DNA from: Pseudonocardiaceae bacterium
Lineage (GTDB): Bacteria; Actinomycetota; Actinomycetes; Mycobacteriales; Pseudonocardiaceae
NCBI GenBank assembly: GCA_036521655.1
Contig: DATDHI010000209.1
Location: 1-61,475 of the forward strand
Reading direction: 5' to 3'
DNA length: 61,475 nt
Positions 27,335-36,380 of this stretch are shown in pieces (the first letter of the stretch is position 1; each line of letters begins with the position of its first letter). The notes beneath the pieces are model-generated. The model searched no databases. It had not been told where the DNA came from and worked only from the letters and a program-made list of their open reading frames with translations. The position numbers and the translations under genes are program-made.

Positions 27335-28269
27335 GCAGCCTGCGCGAGGAGTTGCGGCTGCTGCGGCACGGCCGGGACTGGCGGGGCCGGGCCCGGGTGC
27401 CGCGCTCGGCGCGGCGTTGGGCGCTCCCGGATGACGGGGACGGGTTCCCCACTGAGTGGGCCCGCACCGCTGCGGCCGGAGTGCTGCGCAGCGCCCTGCA
27501 GCGAGGCGTGCTCAAGCCGGTGACCTGGAGCCAGACCCGGCCGGTGGTGCACGGCCGGGAGTACCTGGAGAGCGTCCGCGGGCCGGCGATCTTCATCGCC
27601 AACCACTCCAGCCATCTGGACACGCCGCTGATCCTGGGTGCGCTGCCACCGCGGATCACCGAGAACCTCGCGGTCGGGGCGGCCGCCGACTATTTCTACG
27701 ACTCCCGGGCGCTGGCTGCGGTCACCACGCTGTTGTTCAACACCTTCCCGGTGGACCGGCGGGCACCGCGGCGAAGTCGCAGTCTGGCCGCCGACCTCGT
27801 CGACGAAGGCTGGAGCCTGCTGCTCTACCCGGAGGGCGGCCGCTCGGTGGAGGGCTTGCTGACCGGTTTCAAGCTGGGTGCCGCGCAACTGTGCGCGAAG
27901 AAGCGGGTGCCCGCGGTGCCGATCGCGCTGCGCGGCACGTTCGCCGCGATGCCCCGCGGCCGGCGCTGGCCTCTTCCCGGTCGGCCCCGGGTCACCGTCC
28001 GGATCGGGCGACCGCTGTGCATCAGACCGGACGAGGGGGTGCCTGATTTCCGCACCAGGCTGGTGCGCGCCGTAGCGACCCTCTGGGCGGAGGACGATCT
28101 CGGCTGGTACGGCGCCCTGAGGGCGGCTGCCGACGACTCGCTGGCGTTACCCTCGGGCGTGAGCGGCGTGCTGCCGACCACCGTGGCGGGCCAGCCTGCT
28201 GAGGGCCGCGACATGGCTCCGTGGCGCCGGATCTGGGAAGCCAGCCGCCCACCCGCCAATGACAGCTGA
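27331..28269 (+). CDS. PlsC-type (lysophospholipid) acyltransferase
   Basis: ATG 27331 overlaps the upstream TGA (ATGA). Last 312 codons of track ORF 26581..28269. HxxxxD motif IANHSSHLDTP and LLLYPEGGRS. Confidence 0.8.
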   Translation: MSSLREELRLLRHGRDWRGRARVPRSARRWALPDDGDGFPTEWARTAAAGVLRSALQRGVLKPVTWSQTRPVVHGREYLESVRGPAIFIANHSSHLDTPLILGALPPRITENLAVGAAADYFYDSRALAAVTTLLFNTFPVDRRAPRRSRSLAADLVDEGWSLLLYPEGGRSVEGLLTGFKLGAAQLCAKKRVPAVPIALRGTFAAMPRGRRWPLPGRPRVTVRIGRPLCIRPDEGVPDFRTRLVRAVATLWAEDDLGWYGALRAAADDSLALPSGVSGVLPTTVAGQPAEGRDMAPWRRIWEASRPPANDS

Positions 28270-28284
28270 CCCACCGGCTGGCAA

Positions 28285-28530
28285 TTAGCTGCCGCCCTTG
28301 GGCATGGACTCGTAGATCTCCTTGCACTCCGGGCACACCGGAGACCCGGGCTTGGGCGAGCGCGTCACCGGGAACACCTCGCCGCACAGGGCCACCACAT
28401 GCGTTCCCATCACCGCGCTCTCGGCGATCTTGTTCTTGCGCACGTAGTGGAACATCTTGGGGGTGTCGTCGCCGGTGGTGTCGGTCCCCTCTGGGCGGGT
28501 GTCGACATCAGGCAAAGTCAGCGTGCTCAC
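28285..28530 (-). CDS. DUF3039 family protein
   Basis: MFHYVRKNKIAESAVMGTHVVALCGEVFPVTRSPKPGSPVCPECKEIY is the conserved actinobacterial pattern. Start chosen at GTG 28530. Confidence 0.75.
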   Translation of the reverse strand: MSTLTLPDVDTRPEGTDTTGDDTPKMFHYVRKNKIAESAVMGTHVVALCGEVFPVTRSPKPGSPVCPECKEIYESMPKGGS

Positions 28531-28626
28531 CCACCCATGATGCCACCGCAACTACGACACGCATCCATGTGGCTGCTCAGCGGGCGGCTCCCACAACGAC
28601 AAGCATCCATGTCGCCCTTGCGGGGG

Positions 28627-28959
28627 TCAGCCTTCGATGATGGGGTGGGGGCGGGTCTCTAGCTCGCGCGTGTGGCGGGCGTGGCGGAGCTTGTTGACCG
28701 GCTCGGACTTGCGGGGGGCACGGTCGTTGGCGATGAGGACCGCCATCCAGGGCAGCGGCACGGAGAGCACGAGAAAGCCCACTGCGAGCCACCAGGTCTG
28801 GTAGAACACGCCGGCCAGGGCGAGGCAGGGGATGCGGGCACCCATCAGGATCGCGTACTTGCGCCGGCGCAGGGCGTATTGCTCCGCGTAGGAAGGTTCA
28901 GCCTCCGTGATGAGCGTAGGGACATCGCCTGAGCGGCCGTGCTCATTCGGATCTCTCAC
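28627..28959 (-). CDS. DUF3099 family membrane protein
   Basis: GTG 28959 with RBS AGGAGA 7 nt upstream. ITEAEPSYAEQYALRRRKYAILMGARIPCLALAG..LPWMAVLIANDR, with two TM segments. Confidence 0.7.
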   Translation of the reverse strand: MRDPNEHGRSGDVPTLITEAEPSYAEQYALRRRKYAILMGARIPCLALAGVFYQTWWLAVGFLVLSVPLPWMAVLIANDRAPRKSEPVNKLRHARHTRELETRPHPIIEG

Positions 28960-28973
28960 ACTGTCATCTCCTG

Positions 28974-29540
28974 CTACTTCTTGGCAGCCGCCTTCATCTG
29001 CTGCTTGTACTCTCGCACCTTGGCCAGCGACTCGGCATCGGTCACGTCGGCGGCCGATCGGTAGATGCCCTCCTCGCCGAAGGCACCTGCCACCTCGCGC
29101 CAACCCGCCGGCTGCACGCTGCGCTGCTTGCCCAGCAGCGCCACGAATATCTGTGCCTTCTGCATCCCGTAGCCCGGCAGCGCGACCAACCGATCGAGCA
29201 GCTCCTGCGCATCGGAGACATCCCGCCACAGGCCTGTCACCTCGCCGCCGTAGCCCTCGACCAGCGCCTGACAGATTTCCTGCACTCGCCTGGCCATCGA
29301 CTTGGGGTACCGGTGCAACGCCGGCGGGGTGGCGAACAGCTCCGCCAGAGCATCGGAGTCGTAGCCGGCCAGCTCGTGCGCGTCGAGGTCGTGACCCAGC
29401 CGCCGCTGCAGCTCGTAGGGTGCGGCGAAGGCCCGCTCGATCGGCACCTGCTGATCGAGAAGCATCCCGAGCAGCAGCGCGAGCGGGTCACGCTCCAGCA
29501 ACGCATCCGCGGGTGCATCCTGGCTCAGCATCATGCTCAC
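28974..29540 (-). CDS. HhH-GPD-type base-excision DNA repair family protein
   Basis: 188 aa with LLGMLLDQQVPIERAF and LVALPGYGMQKAQIFVALLGK (helix-hairpin-helix). Starts 16 nt downstream of the BGC operon stop. Confidence 0.65.
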   Translation of the reverse strand: MSMMLSQDAPADALLERDPLALLLGMLLDQQVPIERAFAAPYELQRRLGHDLDAHELAGYDSDALAELFATPPALHRYPKSMARRVQEICQALVEGYGGEVTGLWRDVSDAQELLDRLVALPGYGMQKAQIFVALLGKQRSVQPAGWREVAGAFGEEGIYRSAADVTDAESLAKVREYKQQMKAAAKK

Positions 29541-29556
29541 TGCTCGAGCTTACCGT

Positions 29557-30783
29557 TCAGGCCGCCGGCACGGTGCTGGCCGCCCGCCCCAGCGGTGGCT
29601 GGAGCCGGAAGTAGGCATCACCGAGGATCCGGCGCTGCAGCAGGCGGCTGCGATGCATGGCCCGGTAAATGGAGGTGCGCAGCAGGACCGCGGGCGGGGC
29701 GTCGAAGGTGAACATCCACTCCTGGCGCAGCTGAAGGCGGCGGGCCTTCGCCACGTCGCCCTGCCGGATGCGCTGGAATTCCCGCAGCGCCGCAGCCATC
29801 GGCTGGGAGGTCCCCAGCGCGCCGTCGACCAGTTTCGCCAGGGTCACGCCGTCGATGAGCGCGTGGTTGACGCCCTGGCCGAGGATCGGCGTCAGCGTAT
29901 GCGCCGCATCACCCACGAGGACCAGGCCCGGCCGGGACCACTGCGGCACGACCGTGGTGAAGATGTCCAGCATCGAGGTGTCCTTCCACCCGCTGATATG
30001 CGTCCGGAGCGGAGCGCTCAGCTCGGGCGCAAGCTCGTCAAGCCGCGCGTGCAGCGCACCGATTCCCTGCCGGCGCAGGTCCTTGAGCCCGCCCTTGGGG
30101 ATGTTGAAGCCGACCCGCACCGAGTCCGGGTAGGTAGGGACGAACACCGCATGCCGGCTCCCGTTCAACGCGATCCGGTAGCTGCCGGCCCATTCCACCG
30201 GGCACGGCAGCCTCAACCACACCACATCACGCGCCAGGGGCAGCATCCGGTGCTGCAGCCCCGACATGGCGAGCACCTTGCTGAAGCGGCCGTCCGCACC
30301 GACCGTGAGCTCAGCGCGGACCTCCTGGGGACCTTCGGGCCCGAGGTAGCACACACCGCGCACCACACCGCCCTCCTCGACCAACCTGGTGACGTTGGCG
30401 GGCTGGCGCAGCTCGAACCCGCCGTGCTGAGCCGCCGCGCCGGCGAGCACCCGCAGCAGGGTGGGCTGCGGTATCTCCATCGGGTACGGGCAGGCGTAGG
30501 GAAAGACATCGAAGTCCACCCGCATCGCGGTCCGGCCACCCTCGGTCATCTCCAGCCGCCGGGTGACCAGCGCACCGATGGCCGTGATCTCCTCTAGCAA
30601 CCCCAACCGGTCCAGCAACCACACCCCATCCGGTGAGATCGACTCTCCACGGAAGGACCGCTGGAAATGTGGGGCCTTCTCCAGCACCACGACCCGCCGG
30701 CCGCGGCGGGCCAGGGCCAATGCGAGAGTGAGCCCGGCAGGTCCGCCGCCGACGATGCACACATCCACGCTGGTCACATTCAT
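29557..30783 (-). CDS. FAD-dependent monooxygenase-fold protein (group A, UbiH-like)
   Basis: Track ORF trimmed to ATG 30783 (ATGA overlap with the TEII stop). DVCIVGGGPAGLTLALALARRG, GADGRFS and LVLVGDAAHTLTPILGQG. Confidence 0.8.
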   Translation of the reverse strand: MNVTSVDVCIVGGGPAGLTLALALARRGRRVVVLEKAPHFQRSFRGESISPDGVWLLDRLGLLEEITAIGALVTRRLEMTEGGRTAMRVDFDVFPYACPYPMEIPQPTLLRVLAGAAAQHGGFELRQPANVTRLVEEGGVVRGVCYLGPEGPQEVRAELTVGADGRFSKVLAMSGLQHRMLPLARDVVWLRLPCPVEWAGSYRIALNGSRHAVFVPTYPDSVRVGFNIPKGGLKDLRRQGIGALHARLDELAPELSAPLRTHISGWKDTSMLDIFTTVVPQWSRPGLVLVGDAAHTLTPILGQGVNHALIDGVTLAKLVDGALGTSQPMAAALREFQRIRQGDVAKARRLQLRQEWMFTFDAPPAVLLRTSIYRAMHRSRLLQRRILGDAYFRLQPPLGRAASTVPAA

Positions 30784-31562
30784 CGCTGGCACCTCTCTTC
30801 TTCCCCGCTGGCCAGCGGGAGACTTAGTCGGCCGAAGCCCCGGGCCGCTCCCACTACCTCGCTCACCGCGGTGAGCAGGCCCGAGCGGAGTTCTTGCACG
30901 AGGAAGTGCCCACCGTCGAGCATCCGCAGCTCGAACCGGTTCGCGGTGTACCCGCGCCAGGCCGCGAGATGCTCGTGGCTCACGAGCGGGTCCCGCATCC
31001 CACCGAACGCATAGATCGGGCATGGCAACGGCCTGCCATGAGCCGGCACCCCGCTGCGGCATACGCTCAGGTCGTCGCGCAGCCGCGCCATCAGCGGGAT
31101 GAGCCACTCCGACCGCTGCAGCAGCAGTGCCGGCAGGCCGCCGATCTCATGCAGGCGCTGTGCCAGCTCATCGTCATCGACGGCTTCGGGCACCAGCGCG
31201 GAGCACTGTACGTGCGGCGCGGCACACGCGGTGGCCAGCAGCGCCTGAGGTGGGCGGCAGCCGGCGGCCAGCCGGTGTACCGCGACGCTGTAGGCGACCA
31301 GGGCGCCCATGCTGTGCCCGAACAGGATGTGCGGCTGCTCCAGAAGCTCGGCCAGCTCACCGGCCAGCAACCGGGTCAGCTCCCCCAGGTCGCGCTGGCG
31401 AGGCTCCCGGATCCGGCTCTCCCGGCCGGGCAACTGCACGGCGCGCACCTGCACTGGCGGCCCCGGACACAACGACCGCAGCGATCCCGGCCAGTCGCGG
31501 AACGCTGATGCACCGCCGCCAGCATGATGGAAGCAGACCAGCGTGGCAGGCTCGGGGGTCAC
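30780..31562 (-). CDS. type II thioesterase
   Basis: LVCFHHAGGGASAFRDW and the nucleophile motif LFGHSMGALVAY. Start chosen at GTG 31562 (GTGA overlap with the upstream stop). GTG 31571 is an alternative. Confidence 0.8.
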   Translation of the reverse strand: MTPEPATLVCFHHAGGGASAFRDWPGSLRSLCPGPPVQVRAVQLPGRESRIREPRQRDLGELTRLLAGELAELLEQPHILFGHSMGALVAYSVAVHRLAAGCRPPQALLATACAAPHVQCSALVPEAVDDDELAQRLHEIGGLPALLLQRSEWLIPLMARLRDDLSVCRSGVPAHGRPLPCPIYAFGGMRDPLVSHEHLAAWRGYTANRFELRMLDGGHFLVQELRSGLLTAVSEVVGAARGFGRLSLPLASGEEERCQR

Positions 31563-32671
31563 GAGGCCCACCGCAGCGCCCGCCGGCTGGCCGCGCGCAC
31601 GCCGAGCAGCGCACTGAGCCCGGCACGCACCGGTGCCCGGCACTGCCGCATCCGCAACAACGACCGCGCGATCCACAGCCGGATGTCAGGTAGATGCCCA
31701 GGCGAGCCGTGCACGTCGTCGAACTCCATCAGGTCCAGCCTGCGGACGCTTCGCGACAGCAGCTCCCACTCCTGCCGCGGGATGATCTCGTCACGAGCAC
31801 TGGCCAGGTACGCCACCGGGATATCGAGGCCGGCCAGTTGCCCGTCCCGCAGCGCAAGCTCCTCCAGGTGCTCGAACAGTCCCGTACGCGGCACCCCGGT
31901 CAGGTGCGCCAGGGTGCGGGTGGTGGTCTGCGGGAGCCGCTGCCACCAGCTGCGGTCGGTGAACAACGACCGCACCGGGGCGCCGAGGGTCACCACCCCG
32001 CGCAGCCGCGGGTCCTCCAGCGCAGCGCGGATCGCCAGGTGCCCGCTGAAGCTGATCGCGACCGCGTACACCTCCTCCACCGCGACCCGCGGGGCCAGGC
32101 CATCGAGCAGCGCGGGCAGCATCCGCCAGCTGCTGGCGCCATAGCGCAGCGTGTTCTCCCCCACCGACGGCATCTCGGCGACCACGACCGCCATCCCGAG
32201 CCGCCGCGCCGCCAGCAGGAACGGGGTCCACTGCTCCTTGATGCTGACGATCCCGCCGCTGACCAGCAACAGCGGGCGAGGTTCCCGGCTCAGGCCCGCC
32301 ACCAGGCACACCACCCGGCCACCGGCCACGGGTAGCTCCCACCGGTGGATCCCGGCCTGCCCCGCGCACCACTGCTGGAAGGACTGCACGCAGGCACTGG
32401 CGGCGCGCACCCGAGCGGGGCCGTCGGGGTACGGGAACCGGGCCAGGTTGTAGTAGCGGCAGGCGGTCAGATACTGGCCTCGCTCGGCATGCCCAGCCGC
32501 CTCGGCACTCCACTCGGTGGGCCAGCATCCGGGGCCCTCGCCATCAGGGCGGTGGATACGCGCCAGCACCTCCCGGCAGCGCGCCGGCGTGATGCCCTGA
32601 GCGCGCGCGTGCAACAACACCAGATCGGACAACTCATCCAGGTAACTCTCCTCGACACGGGACAACGCCAT
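31559..32671 (-). CDS. alpha/beta-hydrolase (FrsA-like; Agg5/ChlD4-type tetronate elimination enzyme candidate)
   Basis: Track ORF trimmed to ATG 32671 (TGATG overlap). 370 aa with YAVAISFSGHLA, a GxSxG-like nucleophile elbow. Its position in the FkbH/ACP/FabH-like/E2-like cassette supports the assignment. Confidence 0.7.
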   Translation of the reverse strand: MALSRVEESYLDELSDLVLLHARAQGITPARCREVLARIHRPDGEGPGCWPTEWSAEAAGHAERGQYLTACRYYNLARFPYPDGPARVRAASACVQSFQQWCAGQAGIHRWELPVAGGRVVCLVAGLSREPRPLLLVSGGIVSIKEQWTPFLLAARRLGMAVVVAEMPSVGENTLRYGASSWRMLPALLDGLAPRVAVEEVYAVAISFSGHLAIRAALEDPRLRGVVTLGAPVRSLFTDRSWWQRLPQTTTRTLAHLTGVPRTGLFEHLEELALRDGQLAGLDIPVAYLASARDEIIPRQEWELLSRSVRRLDLMEFDDVHGSPGHLPDIRLWIARSLLRMRQCRAPVRAGLSALLGVRAASRRALRWAS

Positions 32672-33495
32672 CACACCCTCGCCGCGGTCCGGTGCGCAGC
32701 GACGCCGACGCACCAGCGGCGGCGCACGGTGGCGGTGGCGTAGTGCCAGCCAGCGCCAGCGGGCGGGGCGCTGACCACACGGGTTTCCTCGACCCGGAAG
32801 GGCAGCGCGTGCAGGTCCACCCGCAGTCCCTCGCCCAGCGCCTTGGCGTGGGCCTCCTTCAGCGTCCACAACCGGACCAGAGCGCGATGACGGTCGACCT
32901 CGGGCAGCCCCTCCAGCCAGCGGCGTTCGGAGTCGCCGCAGGCGAGGCGATCGATCCCGGTCGCGAGCAACGGCCGGTCGGCCTCCTCGACGTCCACCCC
33001 GATCCGGCCGCGCCGGCTGACCCCGACCACCAGCAGGTCACCGGTGTGGCTCAGGCTGACCTCGGCATCGGGGCCTCGCGCCACGTAAGGCCGGCCGGTC
33101 CGGTCGGCGCCCAACCGCACGGCCGACGGGCGGACACGGGGTGCATTGACACCGGGCGCCATCGCCAGCACCGCCTTCATCAACCGCCGGGAGGCCACCA
33201 GGCGGCGGCGGAACTCCACGCTGTCCGACCGCTGGTACCGCCGGTAGCTGTCGTCCAGCAGCACGCGCAGTGCACCGGCAGCCGGTGGCTGGTCGGCCCA
33301 TGCGGCGACGAACGCGTAGACCACCACGTGGCCGCGCCGGTGCAATTCCCGCGCTACCCGGGCCCACCGCGTGGCAGCCTGCGGGCGCAGCGGGCCGTGC
33401 GGGCGAGCGGCGAAGGCCTCACCGGACGGAGGGTTGGTCAGCCCGCTTGGCCGGTGCGGCAGACGAAGCACGTGCGGGGTCATCGACGAGGTCAT
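32671..33495 (-). CDS. Sfp-type 4'-phosphopantetheinyl transferase
   Basis: RIGVDVEE and WTLKEAHAKALGEG. The start is uncertain, since the longest ORF overlaps the upstream gene by 77 nt. Confidence 0.8.
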   Translation of the reverse strand: MTSSMTPHVLRLPHRPSGLTNPPSGEAFAARPHGPLRPQAATRWARVARELHRRGHVVVYAFVAAWADQPPAAGALRVLLDDSYRRYQRSDSVEFRRRLVASRRLMKAVLAMAPGVNAPRVRPSAVRLGADRTGRPYVARGPDAEVSLSHTGDLLVVGVSRRGRIGVDVEEADRPLLATGIDRLACGDSERRWLEGLPEVDRHRALVRLWTLKEAHAKALGEGLRVDLHALPFRVEETRVVSAPPAGAGWHYATATVRRRWCVGVAAHRTAARV

Positions 33496-34267
33496 CGAGC
33501 TCCTCCAAGGTCTGCTTGAGGTCGGCGAGCACGTCGGCGGCCAGTGCCCCGTCCAGCACCCGGTGGTCGAAGGTCAGCGACAGCGGCAGCAGCGGGGCGA
33601 CGCACACCTGCCCGTCCCGCACCACCGCGGCGTCCCAGATCTGGCCGAGACCGACGGTGACAGCGGTACCGCCCGAGGAGAAGAACCGGCCGACGGGGCG
33701 GTGGCCCAGTGAGCTGACCGCGACGGTGCCCATGCTGGCCTGCCGCCGGCCCAGCCGGCAGCCCAGCCCGAACGCGAGCCGGCCCACTGGCCACGGCAAT
33801 CGCTGCAGCAACCGGACCCGGCGTAGCTCGGGGATCTCCGCCACCGCAGAGTCGCGCAGCCGGTCCACGGTGCGCTGGATCTCCGCCAGGCTCGAGGCGT
33901 GCACCGCGGGCAGCACCACCGCCAGCACGGCGCGCTGACCCTCGCTGATCTTGTCCAGGGTCAGCTTCGCGTCCACCGAGGCGTACCTGACGATGCGCGG
34001 CACCAGCCGGCCGCCATAGGCGGCGTTGGCGTCAGGATGGCGGAGCAGCACCCGACCGACCGCGGCGAGCACGTAGCTGACCACCGAGTACCGCCGGCAC
34101 CCAGCGGCACCGCCGAGGGCAGCGCCGCGGTGCGCCAGCAGGCGGGTCATGTCCACCTCGGTGTCCAGGTAGACGGGGCTGGCGGCGTGCACGAACCGCA
34201 GGAAGTGCAGGGTGTGCCTGCGTTGCGCCGGCACCCGGCCCGCCTCGTTGCCTGTGGGGCGGTTCAT
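33419..34267 (-). CDS. 2-oxoacid-dehydrogenase E2-type acyltransferase (Agg4/ChlD3-like)
   Basis: ATG 34267 has an ATGA overlap with the ACP stop. 282 aa with the catalytic motif LSLTFDHRVLDGA. Confidence 0.8.
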   Translation of the reverse strand: MNRPTGNEAGRVPAQRRHTLHFLRFVHAASPVYLDTEVDMTRLLAHRGAALGGAAGCRRYSVVSYVLAAVGRVLLRHPDANAAYGGRLVPRIVRYASVDAKLTLDKISEGQRAVLAVVLPAVHASSLAEIQRTVDRLRDSAVAEIPELRRVRLLQRLPWPVGRLAFGLGCRLGRRQASMGTVAVSSLGHRPVGRFFSSGGTAVTVGLGQIWDAAVVRDGQVCVAPLLPLSLTFDHRVLDGALAADVLADLKQTLEELDDLVDDPARASSAAPAKRADQPSVR

Positions 34268-34488
34268 CGGGTCACCAGGACGCCGTGCACCTGGCGCAGG
34301 CTGCGGGACTCCAGTAGCTGCGGTACCGGCAGCCGGGCCCCGACGCTGCCCTCCAGCGCGGTCAGCAGCTTGAGCAGGTGCACGGAGTCCCACGCCACCA
34401 GGTCGTCGAAGTCGGTGTCGAGGTCTGCTGCTCCCAGCGGCAGACCCACCTCTGCCTGCACGAGGGTGAGGAAGTCGTCGATGCTCAT
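34264..34488 (-). CDS. acyl carrier protein (glyceryl-carrier candidate)
   Basis: ATG 34488 has an ATGA overlap with the FkbH stop. 74 aa with the phosphopantetheine site LVAWDSVHLLKL. Confidence 0.8.
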   Translation of the reverse strand: MSIDDFLTLVQAEVGLPLGAADLDTDFDDLVAWDSVHLLKLLTALEGSVGARLPVPQLLESRSLRQVHGVLVTR

Positions 34489-36380
34489 AATCCCGGCCAA
34501 TCGGACGTGAGGCTGATGTGGCTCACCGGTGCGGGCAGCCTGGACAGGTCGTGCTCGTAACACTCGGTCCCCGAGGCGTCCATGCCGCGGTCAGCGAACC
34601 CGTGCTGCCGGTACAGCTCACGGACTTTCTGGTTGCGGGCGCCCGGGCGGTAGCGTCCGCGCACCGCAACGGCTCCCACCCGCTGCGCGCCGCTCAGGAT
34701 CGCGTTCAGGCAGGCCGATTCAATCCCGCGTGCCAGCACCCGGCAGGAGAGCAGGAAGTTCTCGATATCGAGCACGTCGCCCTGCCAGCGCGCGAACACC
34801 GCGCCGGTGGTGCCGTGGGCGCCGAACCGGTCCGCGCAGCGGACCGCCAGCACCAGCGTGCCCGCCTCGCCCAGCATCCGCCGCACCGCGGGGCCGTCCA
34901 GCCGCTGGGTGGTCAGGTTGAACCGGTTGGTGCGTTGAGTGAGCTGCGCGAGCCGCGCCACGTCGGCCGGCGACGGCCGGAACAGCTCCACGGTCGTGTG
35001 CAGCTGCGCCAGGTAATCCGTACCCGTGCCCGCCCCGGCCCGGCAGTGCCGACGGCGGCCCTCAGCGCGGTATCTCGCCGTGCGAGCCAGATCCTCCTCG
35101 GTGACCTCCTGGGTGGCGAACCACCCATCGAGCAGCAGACGCTCGGAGTGCAGGGCCGGCTCGGCCCTTTCGATGTCGATCACCGCCACCTCGGGCAGCT
35201 CGGCGCGCACCATGTCGCGTTCGACGGGGTTGTCGTCGACGAAGACCATGCTGTCGACGCCGATTCCGAGCCTCTCGGCGAGGCGGGAGATGTTGACGGG
35301 TTTGTGCTCCCAGTTGGCGACGATCGCGACGAAGTCGTCCTCTGCCAGCGCCAGCCCGGGCATGGCGTGCAGCGCCTCGCGGACCGCGGCGTCGTCGTTC
35401 TTGGAGCAGACCGCCAGCAGGGCTCCCTGGGAACCGAGCTGCTTGACCACCCGCTGGAAGGCCTGGAAGGCCGCACCGCGGTAACCCCCGGAGGCCTCCA
35501 GGCCGTCCACCCCGTCCTCGGCGAGGACCCCACCCCACAGCGTGCCGTCCAGGTCCAGCACTAGGCACTTACGGGTCCGACCACGCACGCTGCACACCAG
35601 GTGGCCGACCTCCCGGGCGAGGCGGTGGAGCAGCGGGTCCGAGAAGCACACCCTGGCGTAGGTGGCGACGCGGGGGTCGTAAGCCCGCGGGGTGTCGCAG
35701 ATCAGCGGCTCCAGGTCGAGTATCACCATGCCGGGCCGCTCGCCCAGATCCAGCAGGTCGGCGTTGAACCGGCGCCAGGCCGCGCCCAGCGCTGCCCGGG
35801 AGCGGTAGTCGACCAGCTGGGCGGCCCAGTGCGCCGGCAGCGGGACGGTGGTGCACACCAGCGTTCCTGGCCGGTGCTGGGCCTGAGCGATCTGCGCCAC
35901 CAGTGCCGACGTCTCCTCCAGTACCGCGATCACCTCGGGGACCGTCCACGGCGTGGGGAGCTGGTCGAACACGATGTGGGCGTCGAGCAGGCAGAGGGTG
36001 ATGTCCGGCGCGCACCGGGACAGTTCGCTGTGCGGGTCGGCCAGCTCCACCGCGTACTGGCCGAAGGCACCGACCTGGGTGCGCAGCAGGAAACCGTGCC
36101 GGGCCAGGTGTGCTGCGAGCGGGGCCAGGATCGGCTCGACCGTGCAGCTGCCAGTGACCGCGATGGTCACCACCGGGGTGCTGGGGTGGGCGGCGAGTAC
36201 CTCCCCGGCGTCCAGCCGGGCCAGCACCGCCCCGGCGCGGTGCAGCCCGGCGTCGTCGAGGCCGGCGAGCAGCCCGCGGACCTGCGGGTAGGCCTGTGCC
36301 AGCATCCCGGTTGCCAGCCAGGTTCGCAGCTGGACGGCTGTAGTCTCTATGGTTTCTGCAGGCAGAGCGGTCATGACCAC
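34485..36380 (-). CDS. FkbH-like glyceryl-S-ACP synthase (HAD-IIIC)
   Basis: 631 aa with CLVLDLDGTLWGG, LLAVCSKNDD, VFVDDNP and a C-terminal GNAT-like part. Confidence 0.85.
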   Translation of the reverse strand: MVMTALPAETIETTAVQLRTWLATGMLAQAYPQVRGLLAGLDDAGLHRAGAVLARLDAGEVLAAHPSTPVVTIAVTGSCTVEPILAPLAAHLARHGFLLRTQVGAFGQYAVELADPHSELSRCAPDITLCLLDAHIVFDQLPTPWTVPEVIAVLEETSALVAQIAQAQHRPGTLVCTTVPLPAHWAAQLVDYRSRAALGAAWRRFNADLLDLGERPGMVILDLEPLICDTPRAYDPRVATYARVCFSDPLLHRLAREVGHLVCSVRGRTRKCLVLDLDGTLWGGVLAEDGVDGLEASGGYRGAAFQAFQRVVKQLGSQGALLAVCSKNDDAAVREALHAMPGLALAEDDFVAIVANWEHKPVNISRLAERLGIGVDSMVFVDDNPVERDMVRAELPEVAVIDIERAEPALHSERLLLDGWFATQEVTEEDLARTARYRAEGRRRHCRAGAGTGTDYLAQLHTTVELFRPSPADVARLAQLTQRTNRFNLTTQRLDGPAVRRMLGEAGTLVLAVRCADRFGAHGTTGAVFARWQGDVLDIENFLLSCRVLARGIESACLNAILSGAQRVGAVAVRGRYRPGARNQKVRELYRQHGFADRGMDASGTECYEHDLSRLPAPVSHISLTSDWPGL

